A stretch of DNA of 64,000 nt, from positions 5,056 through 69,055 of the IMG/VR virus record IMGVR_UViG_3300017773_000004; one strand, written 5' to 3'. Of this stretch, positions 39,275 through 48,111 are shown piece by piece. How positions within the stretch are numbered: position 1 is the stretch's first letter; the number at the start of each line of letters is the position of its first letter. A program made the translations under genes and the position numbers. The DNA comes from a virus. A model generated the notes under the pieces. That model ran no database searches. It worked only from the letters and a program-made list of their open reading frames with translations, and was not told where the DNA came from.

Positions 39275-39523
39275 ATGAACTTGACAAAAACATATACAAA
39301 TTCTGACGACAAAATAACTCATGTAGAGATAACTCTTTCTCACATAGAAGATGAAGTAACAACATCAGTATCGGATATATTTGAATTAAGGGAGCCTTTA
39401 GATTCAATTACTGAGACTGAAGCAATAATGGGTGTGGGAATCTGGTGGGCACAATTACGTGCTTTACAAAAAGCACTACAAACAAAATTAAGTCTTGCAT
39501 TTCACACGGAGGCCACAGTTTAG
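39275..39523 (+). CDS. hypothetical protein, possible fibre chaperone
   Basis: 82 aa, GGAG RBS, tightly packed between neighbours. Confidence 0.55.
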   Translation: MNLTKTYTNSDDKITHVEITLSHIEDEVTTSVSDIFELREPLDSITETEAIMGVGIWWAQLRALQKALQTKLSLAFHTEATV

Positions 39524-39532
39524 GAGTAGCAA

Positions 39533-42394
39533 ATGTCAGCATATAATTTTCCAAATAGTCCGAGCAATGGAGATACTGTAAATGTTGCAGGTATTGTTTA
39601 TACCTATGACTCTACAGATAATGCATGGAAAACCGGAGCAGGTCAAAGTCCTGCTATACTAAGTAATGGTACTACTCCTAGCTTGGCTTCTGGAATTACT
39701 GCTGCTGAAATACGTACACTTATTGATGCTTCAGCTGACCCAGTAGACTTATCTTCTGTAGCTCAAAATATTATTCCTGATGCTGATTCGACTCGAGATT
39801 TAGGTACGAGCAGTAAAAAGTTTAGGGATCTTTATCTAAGTGGAAGTAGTTTGCACTTAGGCAGTATAACAATTGAATCAGATGCAACTTCTATAGTTCT
39901 TCCTCAATTAAAGATTGGTACAGGCGCTAACCAAGTAACTCTAAGCGGTTCTGGAGGCGCACTACAGGCAGGAGGAGCTGGAATTACTTTTGCAAGTCTT
40001 TCTGGTAAACCTACAACTATAGCTGGATACGGTATTACTGATGCTCTCACATTAGGAACTTCAGCTACAACTGCACTTGCAGGAAATACTACATTCTCCT
40101 TTGCAAGTCTTACAGGTAGGCCTACTACTATAGCCGGGTATGGTATTACTGACGCTCTCACATTAGGAACTTCAGCTACAACTGCACTCGCTGGCAACAC
40201 TGCTTTATTTAGCGGAGCATTCAGTGCTCTTACAGGTAAACCTACTACTATAGCAGGCTATGGTATTACTGATGCACTTACATTAGGAACTTCGGCTACA
40301 ACTGCACTTGCAGGAAATACTGCTTTATTTAATGGCGCTTATAGCTCTTTAACTGGCATACCTACTACCATAGCACATAAAAATGCAGACATTGATATTG
40401 GTAGTAATGATTTTATTACAACCGGTAAAGTTTTATTTGCAAATATGTATTCAGCGCTTTCTGATTTACCCAGCGCTACAACTTATCACGGCATGTTTGC
40501 TCATGTACATGCTACAGGAGCGGCATACTTTGCACACGGCGGAAACTGGATAGAACTCGCAAACAAAAGTTATGTAGATACTCAAGTCTCTGCTCTCGTA
40601 GACTCTGCTCCTGCAACACTAAATACACTAAATGAGCTTGCAGCAGCACTAAATGATGATGCAAGTTTTTCTACAACAGTTACAAATAGTTTAGCTGCAA
40701 AAGCACCTTTAGCAAGCCCTACTCTTACAGGCACTCCAGCAGCTCCAACCGCAGCAAGCGGTACAAATACTACACAAATAGCAACAACTGCATTTGTAAC
40801 GGCAGCAGTAGCCGGAGCTTCTGGAACATATAATAACGCAGCAGTAGATACTCACTTAAATACAGGCACTGCTTCTACAAATGAAGTATTATCTTGGAAT
40901 GGTAGTGATTATGACTGGGTGGCACAGTCTGGGGGAGGAGGGGGAGCCTCTGTAACTACGTCAGATGCTGCACCAAGTAGCCCAAGTGCAGGAGACTTAT
41001 GGTATAATACAAATGCTGGTGGTTTATTTGTATACTATACTGATGCAAATTCTTCTCAATGGGTGGAAATTGTAGGTAAAACAGGTGCTACAGGTGCTAC
41101 AGGTGCTGCAGGTGCTGCAGGTGCTGCAGGTGCTGCGGGGTCTAGTGCTGCAATAACTCGTTATGCTAATGTTGCAGGCTTTCCAGGAAGTCCTACTGCC
41201 GCTGATTTAGCTTATGCAAATGATACAAATACTTTATACTTATATAATGGCACATCTTGGGAAGTAGTAGCATCTGGAAATGACGAAAGTCCCGTAATTA
41301 CTACTGAACCTCCTACAAGCACACAAACACTATCAAATTCAGGAAGTACTAGCACAGTAACAATGGTAGCACAAGACCCTGAAGGATTTGCTATTAATTA
41401 TGGTATTGCATATAAAACAGCAAATAATGCTTTACCTTCTCAGCTTGCTTCTGCTCCTTCTATTAATCAAAGTACCGGAGTATACACTTTTACACCTAGT
41501 ACTAATTCAGCTCACGCAGGAAGTTTTAAAGCACGATTAAGTGCATCTGATGGAGCAAGAACTACAACTCGTCTAATAGACTTTAGTTTATCTTTCACTG
41601 TATTAGTAGAATACTTAGTTATCGGCGGAGGCGGCGGAGGCGGAGGCGGATCAGCCGCCGGCGGTGGTGGTGGTGCGGGCGGTTATCGTACTGCTACTGG
41701 GTTTGCGTTAACACCCGGTACGGCCTATTCAATTACTGTAGGCGCAGGCGGCGCAGGCACTACAAGTCCTGACAATAATAATGCATCAAATGGAAGCAAC
41801 TCTGTATTTGGAAGTATAACAGCTTTAGGCGGAGGCGGAGGTGCCGGTACGGGCCCCGCTAACCAGTCATATGCTGGTAATGGATTAGTTGGTGGATCCG
41901 GCGGTGGTGGTCGTTACGGTGGTACTGGGGGCGCAGGCACTTCTGGACAAGGTTATGCAGGGGGTGCCTCTACTTCCGCAGGTTCTAGAGGTTCTGGTGG
42001 CGGTGGTGGTGCTAGCGCTGCTGGTGGAGACGGTAATTCAAGTACTCCAGGTACTGGGGGTGCTGGACTGGCTTCTTCCATAACAGGTACTTCTGTAACC
42101 CGTGCAGGAGGGGGTGGAGGTGCTCTTTGGAGTAATGCTGCTTTCACTAATGGCGGAGCTGGTGGCGGTGGAAACGGTGGATCTTCTGCATCGGCAGGAA
42201 CAGCAAATACCGGCGGTGGCGGTGGCGGTAATGGTAGTAGCGTTGCTGGTCAAGCGGGCGGTTCCGGTGTAGTAATTATCGCAGCACAGCAAGCAGCATC
42301 TTCTGTATCAGGAACTTATAGTGTAGATACTAGCGGTAGGTCCGGATGGCATGTTTATACATTTACAGCAGGCACTGGTAGTATAACTTTCTAA
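39533..42394 (+). CDS. fibre/adhesin with cadherin/Ig-like domain and glycine-rich head
   Basis: FPNSPSNG N-module, KPTTIAGYGITD x3, His motif, GDLWY module, collagen-like linker, DPEG...ASDG domain, GGGGGAGG...GGSGVVII C-terminal domain. Confidence 0.8.
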   Translation: MSAYNFPNSPSNGDTVNVAGIVYTYDSTDNAWKTGAGQSPAILSNGTTPSLASGITAAEIRTLIDASADPVDLSSVAQNIIPDADSTRDLGTSSKKFRDLYLSGSSLHLGSITIESDATSIVLPQLKIGTGANQVTLSGSGGALQAGGAGITFASLSGKPTTIAGYGITDALTLGTSATTALAGNTTFSFASLTGRPTTIAGYGITDALTLGTSATTALAGNTALFSGAFSALTGKPTTIAGYGITDALTLGTSATTALAGNTALFNGAYSSLTGIPTTIAHKNADIDIGSNDFITTGKVLFANMYSALSDLPSATTYHGMFAHVHATGAAYFAHGGNWIELANKSYVDTQVSALVDSAPATLNTLNELAAALNDDASFSTTVTNSLAAKAPLASPTLTGTPAAPTAASGTNTTQIATTAFVTAAVAGASGTYNNAAVDTHLNTGTASTNEVLSWNGSDYDWVAQSGGGGGASVTTSDAAPSSPSAGDLWYNTNAGGLFVYYTDANSSQWVEIVGKTGATGATGAAGAAGAAGAAGSSAAITRYANVAGFPGSPTAADLAYANDTNTLYLYNGTSWEVVASGNDESPVITTEPPTSTQTLSNSGSTSTVTMVAQDPEGFAINYGIAYKTANNALPSQLASAPSINQSTGVYTFTPSTNSAHAGSFKARLSASDGARTTTRLIDFSLSFTVLVEYLVIGGGGGGGGGSAAGGGGGAGGYRTATGFALTPGTAYSITVGAGGAGTTSPDNNNASNGSNSVFGSITALGGGGGAGTGPANQSYAGNGLVGGSGGGGRYGGTGGAGTSGQGYAGGASTSAGSRGSGGGGGASAAGGDGNSSTPGTGGAGLASSITGTSVTRAGGGGGALWSNAAFTNGGAGGGGNGGSSASAGTANTGGGGGGNGSSVAGQAGGSGVVIIAAQQAASSVSGTYSVDTSGRSGWHVYTFTAGTGSITF
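41082..41136 (+). repeat. 9-bp coding tandem repeat CAGGTGCT(A/G), about 6 copies (Gly-Ala-Thr/Ala, collagen-like)
   Basis: Seen directly in the sequence. Confidence 0.85.
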
Positions 42395-42404
42395 GGAGTA
42401 AAGA

Positions 42405-43979
42405 ATGGCAACAGATTTTCCAAATAGCCCCTCAAATGGAGCAACCCATACTTTTGGAGGAAATACTTATACGTATAACTCTACAATGGGGGCATGGACA
42501 GGTCCGGCTGGAGGGTCGGGCGGAGGAGCATCTGTAACTGTATCAGAAACTGCTCCTTCTAGTCCTGCTGAAGGTGATTTATGGTTCGATCCAAGTGTAC
42601 TCAAAACGTTTGTGTATTATAATGATGGAACTGCAAGTCAGTGGGTACAAAGTAATCCTACAGGTAGTGGAAGTGGTGGCAGTGCTGGAGCATCTGTAAC
42701 TGCATCAGATACTGCGCCTTCGTCTCCAAGTGCAGGAGATTTGTGGTATAAATCAGATACAAATGCATTGTATGTATACTATAATGATGGAGACTCTAGC
42801 CAATGGGTAGGTGTATCCGGCCCTGCTGGAGCTGATGGAGCCGCGGGAGCCGCGGGAGCCGCTGCTACTGGTTATGGACAAGTTCCAATTATTTATACTG
42901 AACCTCCTACGACTCATGACTTAAATAGTGATGGTAGCACTAGCACAGTACAAATGCAGGCAGTAGATCCAGAAGGAACTGCGATTACTTATGCGATTGC
43001 ATATGCAAATGCTACAAATGCACGTCCAAATCAACTTGTAGCAGATACAGCTATAAATCAAAGCACCGGTATTTTTACTTTTGATCCTTCTACAAACTCA
43101 ACCCACGCAGGTACTTTTAAAGCACGTTTAAGTGCTTCAGATGGAATTACACACGCTACACGATTTGTTAATTTTACCCTAGCTTTTAATGTTACCGCAG
43201 AACTGCTACTTGTTGCTGGAGGTGGAGGCGGTAATAATGACGCTGGCGGCGGCGCCGGTGGTGGTGGCTACGTCGAAGATTCTTCGTATGTATTTTTAAG
43301 TGGTACTACATATAATATTACAGTAGGAACTGGAGGAGCTGTTGCGACAGCACAAGGTGCAGTTGGATCAAGGGGTGGAAATAGTACTTTTGCCACAGGA
43401 GGTTCTGATATTTATGTAGCTACCGGAGGAGGTGGCGGAGGTGGTGTTGGTAACTTTACTGGTAGTGATTTAAGCACTCAACTTAATGGTGGTTCTGGCG
43501 GAGGTGCAGGTCGTGCTTCAGACGGGCCAGGAATAGCCCTACAAGCTTCATATGGTGGAAAAGGCTTTGGTTTTAATGGCGGAGATGATTATTCGAATGA
43601 AGGCGGTGGCGGTGGAGGCGGTGCTGGCGGAGCAGGTACAGACGGTACCGCTGCTTTAGGTGGTAATGGTGGAGCTGCAAAACAGTCTTCAATTACCGGC
43701 ACAGCAACCTACTATGCAGGAGGAGGGTACGCTGGAGGTTATGATGTATCTTTAGGCTCTTATGGTACTGGCGGTGGAGACAATGTTATTGGTAATGGAG
43801 GCTATGGTGGTATTTGGAGCAACGGCACATATGGTAGTAAAGCAGGAAATAATGGAGTTGTAATTATTGCAGCACAAACAGCAGCAACATCAGTTACTGG
43901 TGCTTATACCTCAAGCACTTCAAGTAGATCAGGGTACACTGTGTACACTTTCACAGGCACAGGTACTATAACTTTCTAA
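42405..43979 (+). CDS. adhesin with two GDLW modules, Ig/cadherin-like domain and glycine-rich head
   Basis: Module motifs as in the neighbouring genes; AAGGAG RBS. Confidence 0.8.
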   Translation: MATDFPNSPSNGATHTFGGNTYTYNSTMGAWTGPAGGSGGGASVTVSETAPSSPAEGDLWFDPSVLKTFVYYNDGTASQWVQSNPTGSGSGGSAGASVTASDTAPSSPSAGDLWYKSDTNALYVYYNDGDSSQWVGVSGPAGADGAAGAAGAAATGYGQVPIIYTEPPTTHDLNSDGSTSTVQMQAVDPEGTAITYAIAYANATNARPNQLVADTAINQSTGIFTFDPSTNSTHAGTFKARLSASDGITHATRFVNFTLAFNVTAELLLVAGGGGGNNDAGGGAGGGGYVEDSSYVFLSGTTYNITVGTGGAVATAQGAVGSRGGNSTFATGGSDIYVATGGGGGGGVGNFTGSDLSTQLNGGSGGGAGRASDGPGIALQASYGGKGFGFNGGDDYSNEGGGGGGGAGGAGTDGTAALGGNGGAAKQSSITGTATYYAGGGYAGGYDVSLGSYGTGGGDNVIGNGGYGGIWSNGTYGSKAGNNGVVIIAAQTAATSVTGAYTSSTSSRSGYTVYTFTGTGTITF

Positions 43980-43989
43980 GGAGTAAAGA

Positions 43990-45327
43990 ATGGCAATCAA
44001 TTTTCCAAATAGCCCATCAAATGGGGATACACATACAGCAGCAGGCCAAACTTTTACCTATGATGGCACTGTATGGAATCCTCAATCAGGTACTCCTGTA
44101 TCTACTGGCACAAGTGCGCCTTCTAGCCCCTTTCCTGGCGATCTTTGGTTTGATACGTCTTCGGGGACTCTTTACTTTTACTATGCTGATGGTTCTTCGA
44201 ATCAGTGGGTTGGTGTAACTGGTCCTACAGGTGCAAATGGAACTAATGGTGCTGATGGTGCTGATGCAACTCCAACAAGTTATACCGCACAAGGAAATCT
44301 TCCAACCTCTGGAAATACTGTAGGAACACTTGCTTGGCTTACAAGCACAAATCAACTTGCGGTAGCACAATCTGCACAGGATTGGAGTATATTTACCAGA
44401 GATGCTACTACAGCTTTTACTGCAACTGGAGGTACAATTACAACTTATACTGGTGATGGTACTAATGGAACAAATGGTACTAGCTATAAAGTGCATACTT
44501 TTACTTCTTCTGGAAACTTTGTAACAACTGGATCAAAAAGTTATGATTATATTGTAGTCGCAGGTGGAGGATCAGGAGGCCCAAGACACTCTGGAGGTGG
44601 CGGTGCCGGGGGATATATCGCACAAACAGGAGTAACGATCGCAGCAGGAACCCATGCAATTGTAATTGGAGCAGGTGGAGCAGGTATCTCATCAGGAACA
44701 GGAACAAGCGGAAATAATGGTAGTAATACAACTTTTAATAGCCATACCGCGATAGGAGGCGGTGGAGGTGGATACTCTAGTTCTGCAGCAGGTAGCGGAG
44801 GTTCCGGGGGCGGAGGATCTAGTTGGAATGCATATACTGGGGGTGCTGGTACATCAGGACAAGGATATGCAGGTCGAGATGGACATTGGACATCTAGTGG
44901 AGATCACAGAGTTTCTGGAGGCGGCGGCGGTGCTGGAGGACAAGGACCCGCACCTACACACAGCCCTCAGCAAGCGGGAGATGGTGGTGTAGGAGTACAA
45001 AACTATATAAATGGAACAGGCCATTACTGGGCTGGTGGAGGCGGTGGGGGTACGTGGAATTCTGGTGGAAGTCGAGGAGGAAATGGGGGTAACGGTGGAG
45101 GCGGCGGTGGAACTCATACGGGTACCGGTACTTTAACTGGAGGAACTGGCGGCTCTGGTTTAAATGCTGGAGGCGCTGGAGGAACAGGAACGACTAACCT
45201 GCCAGGAGCAGGCGGGCAAAATACCGGAGGTGGCTCAGGAGGGGCAGGGCAAGACGTTCATGCAAGCCATGTTGGTGGTTCTCAAAGCGGAGGCTCTGGC
45301 ATTGTAATTATAAGGTATGAGGCATAA
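43990..45327 (+). CDS. adhesin with glycine-rich head
   Basis: FPNSPSNG module, one GDLWFD module, ATGGTITT...YKVHTFTSSG...VVAGGG...GGSGIVIIRY. Confidence 0.8.
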   Translation: MAINFPNSPSNGDTHTAAGQTFTYDGTVWNPQSGTPVSTGTSAPSSPFPGDLWFDTSSGTLYFYYADGSSNQWVGVTGPTGANGTNGADGADATPTSYTAQGNLPTSGNTVGTLAWLTSTNQLAVAQSAQDWSIFTRDATTAFTATGGTITTYTGDGTNGTNGTSYKVHTFTSSGNFVTTGSKSYDYIVVAGGGSGGPRHSGGGGAGGYIAQTGVTIAAGTHAIVIGAGGAGISSGTGTSGNNGSNTTFNSHTAIGGGGGGYSSSAAGSGGSGGGGSSWNAYTGGAGTSGQGYAGRDGHWTSSGDHRVSGGGGGAGGQGPAPTHSPQQAGDGGVGVQNYINGTGHYWAGGGGGGTWNSGGSRGGNGGNGGGGGGTHTGTGTLTGGTGGSGLNAGGAGGTGTTNLPGAGGQNTGGGSGGAGQDVHASHVGGSQSGGSGIVIIRYEA

Positions 45328-45329
45328 AA

Positions 45330-45641
45330 ATGGCACACTACGCAAAAGTAAAAAATGGAATAGTAGAAAATGTAATTGTAGCAGAAGCAAAGTTTTTTGA
45401 AACTTTTGTTGATGATTCTCCAGGTGAGTGGATTCAAACATCCTATAATACACAGGGAGGAGTACATTATGACCCTACAACTGGAGAGCCTAGCGAAGAC
45501 CAAAGCAAGGCTCTTCGAAAAAATTACGCGACCCCGGGTGGAAACTACAACGAAGAGGCGGATGCGTTTTATCATCCCCAGCCCGGAGCAGACTGGACAC
45601 TGAATACTACTACGTATTTGTGGGAAGCACCAGAGGAGTAA
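45330..45641 (+). CDS. conserved small protein following a Gly-rich adhesin, possible chaperone
   Basis: MAHYAKV...WIQTSYNT.GG.H...LRKNYA...DAFY.PQP...WEAP pattern common in aquatic phage tail regions. Confidence 0.6.
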   Translation: MAHYAKVKNGIVENVIVAEAKFFETFVDDSPGEWIQTSYNTQGGVHYDPTTGEPSEDQSKALRKNYATPGGNYNEEADAFYHPQPGADWTLNTTTYLWEAPEE

Positions 45642-45644
45642 AGA

Positions 45645-48107
45645 ATGACAGCATTAAATTTTCCAGACAGTCCGAGCAATGGTGATACGTACCAAGGATA
45701 TACGTACAATAGTACAAAAGGCACTTGGGCGAAACCAGCGGATCCTGATGCAAGAACTGCAGTATACGCAAACATTGCAGCACTGCCTACAAGCGGCACT
45801 GCTGGTGATATGGCGTATGTAACTGCTACAAATCGTTTATATATTTGGACAGGCACTGGATGGTACAATATTGCATTAATTAATACAAATCCTACTATTT
45901 CCGGAGTCAGTTCAAGTTATACTCTTGCAATTGATGGTAGTGCAACGACAGTCACAATCACAGCTACAGATCCAGAAGGATTACCAATTACATACAGTAT
46001 CGTTTCTGATACTTCTGGAAATATTGCTACGGTAGCACAAGGTACCGGTGCAAATACAAATGTATTTACAATTACTCCTTCAACAAATACGGCTCATGCA
46101 GGAACTTTTTCGCTTACTTTCCGTGCTTCAGATGGAGTAAATCTTGCATCTTCGGCAGCATCTTTTACGCTTCAATTTAAAGTAGACAATAGTCACTATA
46201 CAACGGGATTATTTACTTCTGTAGGAGCAAATAATGCTACAAATTCTTCTTTTGACGATAAATCAGCGAGCAATCACACACTAACAGTAGCAAATCAAGC
46301 TCATCAAACTACGTTCAGTCCTTATAGGCCTGGAGGATATTCAGTTTACTTTGATGGTAGCGGAGATTATTTAGCCTCAGACAATAATAATATAGGAAAC
46401 TTTGGCACAGGAGATTTTACACTCGAAGGATGGATCTGGGTTCCTGATCGAAGTGCTTTATATACCATACTTGATGGTCGTCCTACAAGCCTTACTTCTG
46501 CAACTGGGTGGTCTGTAGCAATTAATACTTCCGGAGGTATCTATGTTTATAGTGGGGGGCATCACATTACAGGAACTGCAGGAGATGTTACTACTCAAAC
46601 TTGGCATCACTGGGCACTAACTCGATCTTCCGGAGATATGAAACTATTTTTAAATGGTACTCAACAAGGGAGCACAAACTCAACTGCGAGAGACTACACC
46701 GCAAATTTATTCAGAGTAGGAGCAAGTGGTACAGGAGGAGAAGTTTTTAAAGGCTATCAAAGAGATGTTCGAGTAATAAAAGGTACTGCACTTTATACAA
46801 GTAATTTTACTCCTACTACCGAACCTCTTACAGCAGTAACAAATACTACTTTCCTTGGATGTCACTTGCCTTATATTGCCGATGGATCAACGAATGATCA
46901 TACTATCGCTATAAACGGGGATCCATCAACTGAACCTTTTGCTCCCTTTGATCATCAAGAATACTCAGCATCAAATCATGGTGGTTCAATGGCTTTGGAT
47001 GGCACTGGGGACTCAATAAGTGCAGCTGCCAGTGCAGATTTTGGTTTTGGAACAGGAGACTTTACAGTAGAATGGTGGATTAAGTTTAATACTATTTCAA
47101 ACTATCCTACAGTAATTGATATGAGATCTGCAGACAATGATACTCCATTAGCTTTATTTCCTAAAACAAACTTACAAAATCAACTTGGAGTGTATGTAAG
47201 TGGAGGATATATTGCATCGGGAACAAATAGTTTTAAAGCGGGTATTTGGATTCATTATGCAATTTGTAAAACTGGCGGATACCTTAAAGGATATTTTAAT
47301 GGCAAACAAGATTTTTCGATAGCTTGTACAAGAGATTATGGAAGTAGTGAAAGTATAAGAATTGGAGCAGTTTATGGCAATGGAAACTATTTTGTAGACG
47401 GTAATATGGCAGATGTTCGTATTGTAAAAGGTACGGCAGTTTATACATCAGAGTTTACACCTCCAACAGCTCCTCTCCCAGCAGTTACAAATACAAAACT
47501 ACTTGTACAGAGTACAGATGCCGGTATTATTGATAAGTCTCAAACTGCACAATTAGTCGCCCTTATGGGGAATACAAAGTCTTCTACAACTCAAACAAAG
47601 TTTTTGTCAAGTTCTATGTACTTTGATGGTACTGGAGACTACATTAATGCAGAAAACTTTGAGATAGGAAATGTAGGTACAGCGCCTTTTACTTTTGAAG
47701 GGTGGTTTTATCTAACAGCATCTCCTGCAAACTATATTACTATCATGCAGACCCGAGGTAGTAATGCATCTCAAACAGGTTTTGTAATGGCAATAAGTGC
47801 AGCAGATTTTTATATCTACTCCGGAGCATTTATCGGACAGAAAGGCAGTGCAATTTCCTCAAATCAGTGGTATCACTGGGCATATACAAGAGATACATCT
47901 GGAAATCAAAGAGTATTTTTAGATGGAACTCAAACTGGTAGCACTTACACAACTGCGCGAAACTATACAGACGATAAACTTTGGATAGGCGCTAAGTATG
48001 ATGGATCAGAATACTTTACAGGGTACCAAAGCGATATTCGCATCACCAAAGGCTTAGCAAGATATACTTCAAACTTTACAGCGCCGACGGCGGCATTAAA
48101 GGGATAA
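45645..48107 (+). CDS. adhesin with Ig/cadherin-like domain and three LamG/concanavalin-A-like domains
   Basis: Repeated FDGSGDYL...FGTGDFT.E.W...W.H.A..R...LFLNG...D.R..KG.A.YTSNFT.PT. Confidence 0.85.
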   Translation: MTALNFPDSPSNGDTYQGYTYNSTKGTWAKPADPDARTAVYANIAALPTSGTAGDMAYVTATNRLYIWTGTGWYNIALINTNPTISGVSSSYTLAIDGSATTVTITATDPEGLPITYSIVSDTSGNIATVAQGTGANTNVFTITPSTNTAHAGTFSLTFRASDGVNLASSAASFTLQFKVDNSHYTTGLFTSVGANNATNSSFDDKSASNHTLTVANQAHQTTFSPYRPGGYSVYFDGSGDYLASDNNNIGNFGTGDFTLEGWIWVPDRSALYTILDGRPTSLTSATGWSVAINTSGGIYVYSGGHHITGTAGDVTTQTWHHWALTRSSGDMKLFLNGTQQGSTNSTARDYTANLFRVGASGTGGEVFKGYQRDVRVIKGTALYTSNFTPTTEPLTAVTNTTFLGCHLPYIADGSTNDHTIAINGDPSTEPFAPFDHQEYSASNHGGSMALDGTGDSISAAASADFGFGTGDFTVEWWIKFNTISNYPTVIDMRSADNDTPLALFPKTNLQNQLGVYVSGGYIASGTNSFKAGIWIHYAICKTGGYLKGYFNGKQDFSIACTRDYGSSESIRIGAVYGNGNYFVDGNMADVRIVKGTAVYTSEFTPPTAPLPAVTNTKLLVQSTDAGIIDKSQTAQLVALMGNTKSSTTQTKFLSSSMYFDGTGDYINAENFEIGNVGTAPFTFEGWFYLTASPANYITIMQTRGSNASQTGFVMAISAADFYIYSGAFIGQKGSAISSNQWYHWAYTRDTSGNQRVFLDGTQTGSTYTTARNYTDDKLWIGAKYDGSEYFTGYQSDIRITKGLARYTSNFTAPTAALKG

Positions 48108-48111
48108 TACA

